NCBI GenBank assembly: GCA_963674595.2
Contig: CAXXFV010000023.1
Coordinates: forward strand, 384,001 to 448,000
Direction: 5' to 3'
Length of the DNA stretch: 64,000 bases
Source of the DNA: a bacterium
Lineage (GTDB): Bacteria > Zhuqueibacterota > Zhuqueibacteria > Residuimicrobiales > Krinioviventaceae
Position 1 is the stretch's first letter. Every line of letters begins with the position of its first letter. Shown piece after piece: positions 10,920 through 21,115 of the stretch. The position numbers were made by a program, and so were the translations under genes. The notes under the pieces are model-generated. The model was not told the DNA's origin, ran no database searches, and was given only the letters and a program-made list of their open reading frames with translations.

Positions 10920-13487
10920 TTATAGTCGCGAAACCGACACCGGTTTTTCCTTACCTGATACAAAACATTTTTCAATATCAAGCTCACCTTTGTATAGCTG
11001 CACAAAGGGTTGGCCGTTTTTTAATCCGGCAGTACCGAATGCGGATGCCGTGGCAAGAAAAACCGTAAAATCATCACCTATTTGTGAATTGATATACAGG
11101 GTTTTGTCGACAGCATCATACCGGATTCCGGTCAAAGCCTGAAGCATGCCGTAACTGGACATGGCCCGGGCGTACCAGTGGCCGCACTCGTATTCATCAA
11201 AGGGATTACGAACCCGGCCGTCATATCGGGACCGGCATGTTCGTACAATTTCCAATCCTTCTTTTACATAACCTTCAAACATCAGATGAGAGGCCACTTG
11301 ATATTCAATACCTGTCCACACTTCGTTGCTGTAAATAAAGGGCAGCGACGGTTCGTCCTTTTCCGGCCAGGTACACAATAGCAGTCCGCCTTCATGTCCG
11401 AGCGCGTAGGAAGGCCGTTGTGGATTGGCGTGGTCGAACAAATCTTTAACAAGGTTGTATTTATGTATGGATGTTAAATGGCTTTGCACTTTAGTTTTGT
11501 CTAAAATCTCCTGGTCCAGTCCGCACACACGGGCAATCCATAAACCCAAAACACCGTCCGAAAGACAGCCGTTGCCGTATTGATATTTGGGTCCCTCTTT
11601 TTCCAGAATTTCCAGAGCCTCGGGAGAATAGCCCCTTTTCCACTCCTGATTTTTATCGGATGGCGCTGTTGCTTTTAACTCTTTCCATTTAATCTGCTGA
11701 ATAAAATACTCACCATTATACAGCCCGGTTTCCATATATTTTTTCCCTTTTTCCAGCAGGGAGGTGTAAAGGGAAATATCTTTATTCAGAGTGCCGCCCA
11801 TTTCAATAATAGCCGTCAATGCTCCCAGGTAAAAGCTGGTGCACATGCCGTCCGGTCCCCAAAATTCAATATCATAGGTGTTGTGGTGCGGTTCTTCCAC
11901 AATACCTTTATGGTCCGGGTCCCAGGTTTCAATGCAGTACTGCATGCTTTTTTGCATAGGGGGCCAGATTTTTTCCAGCCAGTTAGTGTCACCGGAAATT
12001 CGCCATTCCCGATATACTTTCATAATACCGCCGAGTTGTCCGTCTGACGCGGCATGATATGTATGTTTGATATAATCAATCGGCAGTCCGGAACGAAACT
12101 GCTGATGTCCCTGTTCATTTTGACTGATGTAAAATTCCGTTTCCCGCAAGGTCCTTTCCAATGACGGAAACAAGTGGGGGATGGCCTGAGCATAGTTCCA
12201 GACATGCGTGCAGGACCCCGGACAACAACCCTTTTGATTGTGGCAGCCTTCCCAGGCCCAAAGACGGCCGTCTGCCTGCCTGAGAACTGTTGGAGATTTT
12301 AAAATGGTTAAATTAGCTGCTATCGCTTCCATCACTTCCGGGGCGAGTGTGGAACTGTAAAAAGCCTTGCTGAACAGTTTTGATTCCTGATGTAATTTAT
12401 TATAATTATTGCGCCAATAATCCGACAATTCGTAAATGTTTTTAAATTTTGCAGCATAATAGGGAACATGCGTTGAGGCACAGCATGTTTTGGATTCCGG
12501 GGTTACCGGAGGATCGATAAAATTTCCCCGTCTCAAAGTCGTATGCGGAACATACCAGCATAGCATAACTTTGATTGTTTTTTCTTCATTCGGCGCAAGT
12601 GTGAATGGTACATAAAAAGAAGCCCCTGCAACGGTTTCATCTACCGGGGGATTTTCAAAAATTTCCCCCTTTTCCACACTTTTCCAGGCCATGGTCAGGG
12701 CATCATAACTGCCGCCCCGAAACCAGTAATGATTGACTTTAACATTTTCTTCATCTGTGGCAAAGACAAAACCGCCTTCATCTTCCGGATGTTCCGGTTC
12801 ACCGTCCTGCCATAATAAAAATCCCTGATGAATGGGTTTAACAAAATAACCGGGTTTAAAACTTTTTTCCCATACATCCGGAAGCGAAATGCGCATAAAG
12901 TTTTGTGAATGAAAAGAAAAAACAGCCTCACATGTTTCGGATGATGTGTTTTTAAAATGATATTCCAGTGCGCCTGCCGGTAACCCGGAATTGTCGGCGT
13001 CACCGGGAATGAACGGACTCCAGCCGGTTATTTGTACTCCCAAATTGACTTCAGGATCTTCCAGTTTAATATCAGCAAAGGGGAACCGTGCCTGAAATTC
13101 CGCTTTTTCAAACCTGGGCAGCCCAAAGCTGCTGCCTTCCAACCCATTGCCGCTTCGCGGTTTGCCGAAATATTTCCATTCCGGGACCGGCCCTTCCAGA
13201 ACTTTGGCCGTGTTTTTATCTTTTCCTTTAATACAAATAGCGGCAAAAGTCAGCGGTTCTTTATCGACGTTGGGTTCATTCCTTACAGAGACATGGGAAA
13301 CAGCACCGGTTCCCTCCAGGCATATCATGCCGGCCCCGATTCCGCCTATCGGAAAAGCGACGCGGTTCAGGTATTCTCCATTATAAGGTCCATTGAATTT
13401 TCTTTTTTCTGCCATGTCATCTCCTAAAAGCCATGAGACAGCAACAAATAAAACGATGTTGGTAAGAAAAAAAACAGTTGATTTCAT
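10920..13487 (-). CDS. GH116 family beta-glycosidase (non-lysosomal glucosylceramidase-like), secreted
   Basis: AFPIGGIGAG, GWSPFIPGD, WEGC, GSCTHVWNY, HNTYD, NEVWTG, ECGHWYARAMSS motifs; signal peptide. Confidence 0.9.
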   Translation of the reverse strand: MKSTVFFLTNIVLFVAVSWLLGDDMAEKRKFNGPYNGEYLNRVAFPIGGIGAGMICLEGTGAVSHVSVRNEPNVDKEPLTFAAICIKGKDKNTAKVLEGPVPEWKYFGKPRSGNGLEGSSFGLPRFEKAEFQARFPFADIKLEDPEVNLGVQITGWSPFIPGDADNSGLPAGALEYHFKNTSSETCEAVFSFHSQNFMRISLPDVWEKSFKPGYFVKPIHQGFLLWQDGEPEHPEDEGGFVFATDEENVKVNHYWFRGGSYDALTMAWKSVEKGEIFENPPVDETVAGASFYVPFTLAPNEEKTIKVMLCWYVPHTTLRRGNFIDPPVTPESKTCCASTHVPYYAAKFKNIYELSDYWRNNYNKLHQESKLFSKAFYSSTLAPEVMEAIAANLTILKSPTVLRQADGRLWAWEGCHNQKGCCPGSCTHVWNYAQAIPHLFPSLERTLRETEFYISQNEQGHQQFRSGLPIDYIKHTYHAASDGQLGGIMKVYREWRISGDTNWLEKIWPPMQKSMQYCIETWDPDHKGIVEEPHHNTYDIEFWGPDGMCTSFYLGALTAIIEMGGTLNKDISLYTSLLEKGKKYMETGLYNGEYFIQQIKWKELKATAPSDKNQEWKRGYSPEALEILEKEGPKYQYGNGCLSDGVLGLWIARVCGLDQEILDKTKVQSHLTSIHKYNLVKDLFDHANPQRPSYALGHEGGLLLCTWPEKDEPSLPFIYSNEVWTGIEYQVASHLMFEGYVKEGLEIVRTCRSRYDGRVRNPFDEYECGHWYARAMSSYGMLQALTGIRYDAVDKTLYINSQIGDDFTVFLATASAFGTAGLKNGQPFVQLYKGELDIEKCFVSGKEKPVSVSRL

Positions 13488-13560
13488 TTTTAGACTCCCA
13501 GAGCTTTTCTATCCAAAACTGTTTTTATCAAGTTTGATTTCTGAAAATGCCGATTATTTT

Positions 13561-13998
13561 TTATTTAAAAATTACGGACACGTCAGAAATATTTTTTGCC
13601 TCTAATAATTTTTCGCGTTTTTCCGGATTTTTAACCACAACCATTATTTTGGATAATAATTTCAGATATTGTTGCTGTGCGTTTTCCGGGGCACCGATTA
13701 AAAAAACCAGTGAGACCGGTTTTTGATCAATTGATTCCCAGTCAACCGGAGTTTCTATAATGCCGGTCAGTACGAAAAATTTTTTCAGGTGCGGGCTTTT
13801 TGCATGGGGAATAGCCACACCCAAACCGATTCCCGTACTGAGCAGGGCTTCCCGCTCTTTGATTGCTTTTTTAAAGGCCAGCATATCTACCGCATTCAGG
13901 TCTTTGGCCTTTTCAACCAGTTCCGTTAAAATGGCGTGTTTGTTTTTTCCTGTCAGAAAGAAAATGTTTTCGGAATTAATAAAATCAGATATATTCAT
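13561..13998 (-). CDS. PTS EIIA domain protein (fructose/mannitol/Ntr type)
   Basis: RE...STGIGLGVAIPH phospho-His motif, DWESID..PV.LVFLI. Confidence 0.9.
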   Translation of the reverse strand: MNISDFINSENIFFLTGKNKHAILTELVEKAKDLNAVDMLAFKKAIKEREALLSTGIGLGVAIPHAKSPHLKKFFVLTGIIETPVDWESIDQKPVSLVFLIGAPENAQQQYLKLLSKIMVVVKNPEKREKLLEAKNISDVSVIFK

Positions 13999-14015
13999 AA
14001 TAATTACCTTATATT

Positions 14016-15788
14016 TTAGTGTTTGTGTTTTACTTTGGCAATACCTTCAAAAATGAGTTTTTCTTCACCGTCGAGTGTAACCAGTTGGCCGTCTTCAAGT
14101 GTTTCCGTTGCTTTGTAGGCTCCGGCTAAAGCTACCAGTTTTGGGTTTGCTTTATAAATTTCCTGCCAACTGATGGAGGAAAATTCTTCCAGGATATAAC
14201 CGATTGCTTTTTTTAGTACGGGTATGTAGGACTCATCCATATATTTTGTAAGTAAAATTTCGTTGCCGTCACCTTTGATGCGATCATTGGCTTCCTGAAC
14301 GCTTTTAACCTTGACGATTTTCCCGGAAACCGTTGTACCGTATCCCCGTAAACTTTTTCCAAGTACATTAACGATTAAATGAATCCGGATGGTGTTGAGC
14401 ATAATCGGTGAATCAACCGGCATACCGGCCAGAATGACCAGTTTATCAAATTGTTTTAACAGGTCGTGGTCCATGCCTTTTTTAATAGCGTTTTCAAGCA
14501 TGGTGTCTGAATCGACGGTAACGTCCGAAATAATGGGGTAAACGCCCCAATACAATAATAGTTTTCTTCTGACGGCTTCATAGGGTGTCACCGCCAAAAT
14601 ATACTGGTCCGGCCGGTATTTACTGATAAGTTTGGGTGTGTTTCCATGAAGAGACGGTGTTAGAATAGCGTCGGCATCAATATCACGGGCTGTATAATAG
14701 GCGGATCGTGCAATTGTATCAGCCATATTATGTTCTGTCGGAAGGTTAATATATGTCTTTTGCCTGGTTTTGTACTCTGTTGAACGTTCAATTTGCAGAG
14801 CAATTTTGTGCATCATTGCCACTGTTTTTACCGGATATTTGCCGCTGGCTGTTTCACCGGACAACATAATAGCGTCTGTACCGTCTATGATAGCGTTGGC
14901 AACGTCGGTAACTTCGGCCCGTGTTGGTGTCGGATTGTCGATCATAGAGTCCAGCATTTGCGTAGCAACAATAACCGGTTTGTTCTGTTCATTACATTTC
15001 AGAATAATTCGTTTTTGGACCAGTGGGATTTCCTCCGGGCGCAACTGAACGCCAAGGTCGCCGCGGGCAACCATAACCCCGTTGGACACTCGAATGATCT
15101 CGTCGATGTTATCCAGGCCTTCCTGGTCTTCAATTTTAGCTATAATATCAATATTAACATCACAAATATCAATAATGCCGCGAATTTCTTTTATATCGGC
15201 TGGTTTTCGGATAAATGAGGCGGCTATAAAGTCAACATGATTTTCAATGCCGAACATAATATCCTGAACGTCTTTTTCCGTAATGGCCGGCAGCGAGGTC
15301 CGCACACCGACAACGTTTACATTTTTGTGGCTGCCTATTTCCGCACCGCTTCGAATAATGCAGTGAATTTCCTGGCCGGACACTTTATCAACCTCAAGGT
15401 CGACCAGACCATCGGCAATGAAAATATGTTTTCCGGGTGAAATTTCAGAGGGTAGTTTGGAATAGGAAATACTAAGCAGGTCTTCCGTTCCTTCGACTTC
15501 ATCCGTCGTCAGGGTAATTCGGTTGTCTCTTTTCAAAAGAATAGTTTTGTCATCTTTAATACGGCCTGTGCGTATTTCCGGACCTTTTGTGTCCAATAAT
15601 AACGCAACCGGTATGGAGGTTTGCCGGCCGGCTTCACGAAGTATGTCCATGCTTTCTTTATGGTACTCATGATCACCATGGGAAAAATTAAAACGGGCAA
15701 TGTTCATACCGTTGTATAAAAGCTGTTTCATTGTCTCCAGATTTCGAACAGCAGGTCCCATGGTACAGATAATTTTGGTTTTACGCAT
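14016..15788 (-). CDS. pyk: Pyruvate kinase with C-terminal PEP-utilising swivel-like domain
   Basis: RKTKIICTMGP, RFNFSHG, DTKGPEIR, IAKIE, MVARGDLG, ATQMLDSM, DAIMLSGETA. Confidence 0.97.
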   Translation of the reverse strand: MRKTKIICTMGPAVRNLETMKQLLYNGMNIARFNFSHGDHEYHKESMDILREAGRQTSIPVALLLDTKGPEIRTGRIKDDKTILLKRDNRITLTTDEVEGTEDLLSISYSKLPSEISPGKHIFIADGLVDLEVDKVSGQEIHCIIRSGAEIGSHKNVNVVGVRTSLPAITEKDVQDIMFGIENHVDFIAASFIRKPADIKEIRGIIDICDVNIDIIAKIEDQEGLDNIDEIIRVSNGVMVARGDLGVQLRPEEIPLVQKRIILKCNEQNKPVIVATQMLDSMIDNPTPTRAEVTDVANAIIDGTDAIMLSGETASGKYPVKTVAMMHKIALQIERSTEYKTRQKTYINLPTEHNMADTIARSAYYTARDIDADAILTPSLHGNTPKLISKYRPDQYILAVTPYEAVRRKLLLYWGVYPIISDVTVDSDTMLENAIKKGMDHDLLKQFDKLVILAGMPVDSPIMLNTIRIHLIVNVLGKSLRGYGTTVSGKIVKVKSVQEANDRIKGDGNEILLTKYMDESYIPVLKKAIGYILEEFSSISWQEIYKANPKLVALAGAYKATETLEDGQLVTLDGEEKLIFEGIAKVKHKH

Positions 15789-16142
15789 TTTTATAACCTT
15801 TGTTGTCGTAAATTATAGGTGATGATTCGATCATTGAATCAAATAGTCATTGTGTAACGGGAAAAATATATCCTGTTGGTATTAAAAATAAGCATTTTTT
15901 ACGTGTAGATAAAGTTAAAGTTTGGTTAAGAAAATTTTTTTTATTCACTTTGCTTTTTTTAAGAAAAGATTTATCTTGTATGTTGAAAAATGGTTTTATG
16001 ACCTGGCCTCCATTTTTTAATATTTTTCCCTTTTTGGTCCTTATGAATGCTCCGTCAAGCTATAGTTTGATACATAGAAATTAACTTATTTCTCTCATTT
16101 TGTATAATTACAGACACTATGAACATAAATAGCGAGTGAGTA

Positions 16143-17189
16143 ATGAATCCGATTATTGGTATTTTCTATCACGCCCTGGGTGGTTTTGCTGCCGGAAGTT
16201 TTTATATCCCTTATAATAAAGTTCGTAACTGGGCCTGGGAAGTTTACTGGCTGGTAGGTGGTTTTTTTGCCTGGATTTTCGCCCCCTGGCTGGTGACATT
16301 ACTGGTTATTCCTGATGTGTCCTTGTTATTTAAAAGTGTGGGAGTAAATCATTTTGTATGGCCTTATATTTTTGGTGTTTTGTGGGGTATCGGTGGTTTG
16401 ACTTTTGGGCTGACCATGCGCTATCTCGGGATGTCCCTGGGTATGGCCTTTGCCCTTGGATTAACCGCTACGTTCGGGACGTTGGTCCCGCCGATTTATA
16501 CAGGCCAATTCGGGATTCTAATTTCTCATCTGTCCGGATGGGTAACGCTTATAGGTGTTGCTGTTTGTCTGGTTGGTATCGTCATTACCGGCAAGGCCGG
16601 AATTATGAAGGACAAGGAACTTTCCACTGAACAAAAACAGGAACATATTAAAGAGTTTGATCTGAAAAAAGGTATCGGCGTTGCTTTGCTGGCTGGTGTA
16701 ATGAGCGCCTGTTTTGCCTTTGGCATTGCGGCTGGAAAACCCCTGGCTGATAAAGCTATTGAATTGGGTGCACCGACTTTATTCAGCAACAGCCCCACTT
16801 TTATTATTATTCTGGCCGGCGGTTTTACCACAAACTTTATATGGTGTATGGGATTGAGCTTTAAAAATAAAACCATTAAAGATTATATCAAAAAAACGGA
16901 CACACCCCAGCTTGGTAATTACTTTTTTTCTGCTCTGGCCGGTCTTACCTGGTACTGCCAGTTTATGTTTTACGGTATGGGAACAACAAAAATGGGTAAA
17001 TATGATTTTGCCAGTTGGAGCATACACATGGCCTTTATTATTGTGTTTAGTAATATATGGGGCCTGATCTTAAAAGAATGGCAGGGCTCCGGACGCCGGA
17101 CCATACGTGTTATTTTACTGGGTTTGCTGGTGCTGGTATTTTCGACAATAATTATAGGGGTCGGTAATTATATTCAAAAATTTGAATAA
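16143..17189 (+). CDS. rhaT: L-rhamnose/proton symporter family transporter
   Basis: GSFYIP..KVRNWAWE..W, GVLWGIGGLTFGL.MRYLG, GGFTTN, SWSIHM, LKEW; about 10 TM segments. Confidence 0.88.
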   Translation: MNPIIGIFYHALGGFAAGSFYIPYNKVRNWAWEVYWLVGGFFAWIFAPWLVTLLVIPDVSLLFKSVGVNHFVWPYIFGVLWGIGGLTFGLTMRYLGMSLGMAFALGLTATFGTLVPPIYTGQFGILISHLSGWVTLIGVAVCLVGIVITGKAGIMKDKELSTEQKQEHIKEFDLKKGIGVALLAGVMSACFAFGIAAGKPLADKAIELGAPTLFSNSPTFIIILAGGFTTNFIWCMGLSFKNKTIKDYIKKTDTPQLGNYFFSALAGLTWYCQFMFYGMGTTKMGKYDFASWSIHMAFIIVFSNIWGLILKEWQGSGRRTIRVILLGLLVLVFSTIIIGVGNYIQKFE

Positions 17190-17199
17190 AGGAGAAACC

Positions 17200-18288
17200 A
17201 TGACCAGTCGTGAACGAGTGTTAAAAGCGATCAATTTCCAGGTGCCGGACAGACCCCCGGTTTTTGCCACCATAACGCCGCAGGTTGCTGAAAAAGTTTC
17301 AGCATATTTAAATATACCCTACGAACCGCCGCTGGATTCATTACTTTCAAGCCGAATTTCCCATACGAAATTGCTGACGGCACTGGGAAATGATTGTGTT
17401 TGTGTTGGGGCATGCACTTCGGACAGTTCGCCGTCAAAAACATTGGCCGACGGCACAATTGTTAACGAATGGGGCATGCATTTTAAAAATGTGGGGTTAT
17501 ATAACGAGTTTTCCAAATTCCCTTTGGAACATGCCCGTACGGTCGCCGACATTGAAAGCTATGACTTTCCCGATCCGTTTGGGCAGGGACGTTTTGATGA
17601 GGCAACCGCTGCCATAAAAAAATATAAAAAGACTCATGCTATTGTTGCCGACCTGGAGACCTCGATTTTTGAAACAGCCTGGTACCTTGTCGGTTTGGAA
17701 AAACTGTTAATGGACATGGCCAATCAGGAACCTTATGTTGAGGCCTTATTTGATAAGGTCATGGAAATTAATGTTGAAATTGGTAAAAAACTCGTCGAAT
17801 TGGGTGCGGACATTGTCTGGGCCGGGGATGATTTTGGTTCTCAACAGGGTATGATCATGTCCCCGGAAGCATGGCGCAGGATTTTTAAACCACGCATAAA
17901 AACAATGATTCAAGAATTTAAAAGTGTTAATCCTGATGTCAAGGTAGCCTGGCATAGCTGCGGGTCGATTTTCCCCATTATTCCTGATTTTGTTGAAATC
18001 GGTTTGGATATTTTAAATCCACTGCAGCCCCTGGCAAAAGACATGGACCCTGAATTATTAAAACGAACATTCGGCAAAGACCTGGTGTTATTTGGCGGCA
18101 TTGATATTCAGGAACTTTTTCCCTATGCTGCACCGGAAGAAATTAAAAACAATGTCAGAAAAATGGCTGCTGTTGTGGGAGAGAACGGCGGATATATTAT
18201 TGCACCGGCGCATAACATTCAGGATGACACGCCGGTGGAAAATATTTTAGCATTTTTTGATGCTGTTAAAGAACTCGCTCAAGAATGA
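17200..18288 (+). CDS. UroD/MtaA-CmuA superfamily protein
   Basis: MTSRERV...PDRPP, GDDFGSQ, WHSCG, LNPLQ, GGIDIQ, APAHNIQ; GGAG RBS directly after rhaT. Confidence 0.85.
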   Translation: MTSRERVLKAINFQVPDRPPVFATITPQVAEKVSAYLNIPYEPPLDSLLSSRISHTKLLTALGNDCVCVGACTSDSSPSKTLADGTIVNEWGMHFKNVGLYNEFSKFPLEHARTVADIESYDFPDPFGQGRFDEATAAIKKYKKTHAIVADLETSIFETAWYLVGLEKLLMDMANQEPYVEALFDKVMEINVEIGKKLVELGADIVWAGDDFGSQQGMIMSPEAWRRIFKPRIKTMIQEFKSVNPDVKVAWHSCGSIFPIIPDFVEIGLDILNPLQPLAKDMDPELLKRTFGKDLVLFGGIDIQELFPYAAPEEIKNNVRKMAAVVGENGGYIIAPAHNIQDDTPVENILAFFDAVKELAQE

Positions 18289-18294
18289 TATATT

Positions 18295-19128
18295 CTATTT
18301 TTGATTGTTGAGTTTCAGATCAAATTTTTTTCGCATAATGCTGTCCAAAACGGACGTGGAAACCAGTTTTTTTAAAAGCGGTAAAAGGTAAGCCCCATTA
18401 CCCAAATGTATGATGGCCGGCGGATTATTTTTGCATAATTTGTCGGCCAATTTTTTTGTGAATTTTTCCACGGGGGTGGCATTTTCCTGGGATATTTCAG
18501 CCCGTGTTTGGATGGCGTTTTCCTGTTTGTTGTATATGGAATCCGTATTGCGTCCGGAAACTGTTTTTTTTGCATTGCTGCCGAATTGGGATTGCACAGC
18601 GCCTGCCTGCACGGTAATCACTTTGATGCCGAAATCAGCCAGTTCCATACGCATGGCATCACAAATATTGTGTATGGCTGCTTTGGATGCGCAATAAGCC
18701 CCGGAAAACGGGGTCGTTACAAGACCGGAAATACTGCCGATTGTTACGATCATTCCCTGTTTTTGTTTGATCATTGCGGGAGCAATTTTTTTTGCCAACA
18801 ATACCGGTGCAAAAACATTGACCGCAAATTGATCTGTCAGCTTTTTCTCAGATAATTCAACAATAGGTCCCATTAATCCATAGCCGGCATTGTTGATAAG
18901 CATATCAATACGTTTTTCATCAGTCAGGACCTGGTTTACAACGCGATCAATTTGATCGGCATCGGTGACATCCAGTTGATATACAGCGCATCCTTTTTCT
19001 GACAGCTCTTTTAACGAGTCCAGGTTGCGGGCCGTTGCAACGACCTGGTAGCCCCGTTGAAGAAATTCCAGGGCAAGGGCTTTGCCGATTCCGGTGGAAC
19101 AGCCGGTTATAAACACCACTTTTTGCAT
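18295..19128 (-). CDS. Classical SDR family oxidoreductase
   Basis: ITGCSTGIG, NNAGYG, YCASK. Confidence 0.9.
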   Translation of the reverse strand: MQKVVFITGCSTGIGKALALEFLQRGYQVVATARNLDSLKELSEKGCAVYQLDVTDADQIDRVVNQVLTDEKRIDMLINNAGYGLMGPIVELSEKKLTDQFAVNVFAPVLLAKKIAPAMIKQKQGMIVTIGSISGLVTTPFSGAYCASKAAIHNICDAMRMELADFGIKVITVQAGAVQSQFGSNAKKTVSGRNTDSIYNKQENAIQTRAEISQENATPVEKFTKKLADKLCKNNPPAIIHLGNGAYLLPLLKKLVSTSVLDSIMRKKFDLKLNNQK

Positions 19129-19171
19129 TTTATCTCCGTTCAATAATTACTTGAGAGCCTGACAGCTTTTT

Positions 19172-21103
19172 TTACTTTATGTAAAGCATTTTTTCTGAGC
19201 GGTAGCCCGAATGTGTTGCGATTCTGTAATAATAAATCCCGCTGGAAACCATCTGCTCTGTTTCATTTTTGGCGTCCCATACAAATGAATAAGCGCCGGT
19301 ATTCAATGTTCCCTGATGTATGGTTTTTATATGCTGACCGATACTATTGTAAACAGTCAGGGTTACATAATCCGGTTGATTCAGATAAAAAGATATATGC
19401 GTTGTACCGTTAAACGGATTCGGATAGTTTTGCAGTAATTGAAATGTCTGCGGTGTTGTTCCGGACTGCGCAACACTGGTTTCCTGGTTTACCAGCGGCA
19501 GCAGCGCATAAGACGCATATTCACCGCCGGTGTAAATCGTATTTTCGGCAGTAACCGGCTCACTCCGGTCATTGGGCTCTGCGCCGGTGTTGGGATTTGT
19601 TTCAAATCGCGGATAATTGCTGGAAGAGAGACAAATTTTAATTTTATGTCCACTGTTGAAGACAATGGCAGTCGGCGGCAGTGTAATTGTCAGCGAATCC
19701 AGTTGATAGGGTGTTAACAGTTCTGTTTCTTCCTGAAAATATCCTTTTCGAAAACGTGACCGTTGAATGCCGTCGGTTACCAGCATTTCTCTGCCGTCCG
19801 GATAAATATCGACAAGTTTTAAGGTAAAATCCGTGTCTGTTCTGTTGCTGGAAAAATAGATTTTTCCTTTGACATAACCTTCCAGGCGCACCGGTGTTGA
19901 TAAAACATCAGATTCAAAACAGATGACATCGTCTCTGATTGTTACGCTTTGCTGATCATAGGGACCGGCATTGATAGTCAGATTGTTTCCACCTATCGTC
20001 GGTACCGGATTTTGCGGATCATAGGAAAATGAAAATTCTGCATATTCCTGTTTATTTTGTGTCAATGAATTGTCATTGTTAAAATAATAGGCTTCAGGAG
20101 TAGATTGGGTCGGCGGCCAGACATCGGTCGTTATCCATTCACAGCCCTGTTCGTCTGTTTTTTGCGGATCGCCCATCAGGTAATAATAAACATCCGGTTG
20201 CTCTAAAACCTGGGTGTCCATACCTTTTAACCAATAGTCAAACCATTTAAAGGCTTCGTTTAAAATATCATAAGCGCCATCAGGATAACTCAGCTCTCCC
20301 ACGTCACCATGCTGGGTGGTGGTCATGTGTTCCCAGGGACCCATAACAAGTTTTTGTGGACCGGCTGTTTGCTGCCGGCAAAGATCGTTATATAAAGCAA
20401 CCGTGCCGTCGGAAAAACAGTCATACCAGCCGCCGATATGCAGAATGGGTGTGGTTATTTGGTCCGTGCGGGTGTGCATATTCACGCCGGGCCAGATGTT
20501 CTCATCGTAATAGGGAAAGGACAAGATATAATCAATCATATAATCTGCTTGTTGACCGTGTATCCAGTTTTCCACCAAAGATTTCCGATATTCACCACCC
20601 GGATAAACGACCTCTTTATAAAAATCGGAGGGAGCGACAATAGCAATACCGGCCTTTAAATTCGGATGAAGAGACCCGGCAGCCCGCAGGGTTGTAATTC
20701 CTGTTGCCGAAGCACCGATCATACCGATCTGTCCGTTACACCATTCCTGGTGAATGAGCCATTCAATGGTGTCGTATCCGTCCTGCAACGCCCCCCAGCC
20801 GTCGTTAAAATAAACCGAATCCTCACCTTCGGAATGATAACGTCCGCGGGTGTCCTGTGAGACAAAAGTATAACCGCGCAGGTTTAACAACACCAAAAGT
20901 CCTTCCACCAAATCATCATTATTTTTATCATAGGGCGTTCGAAATAAAATAACCGGACGGGCTATGCTGTCACTTGTTTTGTATACATCCGTAGCCAATG
21001 ATACGCCGTCCCGCATCGGTACCATAAATGTTTCTTTTGCTGTTACCTGTTGAATAAACGTCGTTAATAAAAGAACAATGAATAAAAATCTATTTTTAAG
21101 CAT
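19172..21103 (-). CDS. CocE/NonD family hydrolase with C-terminal FlgD-Ig/T9SS-type domain
   Basis: MRDGVSLATDVY, RTPY, QDTRGR..SEG, GASATG, GGWYD, GPWEH, SSSNYPRF; tail LLQNYPNPFN. Confidence 0.9.
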   Translation of the reverse strand: MLKNRFLFIVLLLTTFIQQVTAKETFMVPMRDGVSLATDVYKTSDSIARPVILFRTPYDKNNDDLVEGLLVLLNLRGYTFVSQDTRGRYHSEGEDSVYFNDGWGALQDGYDTIEWLIHQEWCNGQIGMIGASATGITTLRAAGSLHPNLKAGIAIVAPSDFYKEVVYPGGEYRKSLVENWIHGQQADYMIDYILSFPYYDENIWPGVNMHTRTDQITTPILHIGGWYDCFSDGTVALYNDLCRQQTAGPQKLVMGPWEHMTTTQHGDVGELSYPDGAYDILNEAFKWFDYWLKGMDTQVLEQPDVYYYLMGDPQKTDEQGCEWITTDVWPPTQSTPEAYYFNNDNSLTQNKQEYAEFSFSYDPQNPVPTIGGNNLTINAGPYDQQSVTIRDDVICFESDVLSTPVRLEGYVKGKIYFSSNRTDTDFTLKLVDIYPDGREMLVTDGIQRSRFRKGYFQEETELLTPYQLDSLTITLPPTAIVFNSGHKIKICLSSSNYPRFETNPNTGAEPNDRSEPVTAENTIYTGGEYASYALLPLVNQETSVAQSGTTPQTFQLLQNYPNPFNGTTHISFYLNQPDYVTLTVYNSIGQHIKTIHQGTLNTGAYSFVWDAKNETEQMVSSGIYYYRIATHSGYRSEKMLYIK

Positions 21104-21115
21104 AAAATAATCCGT

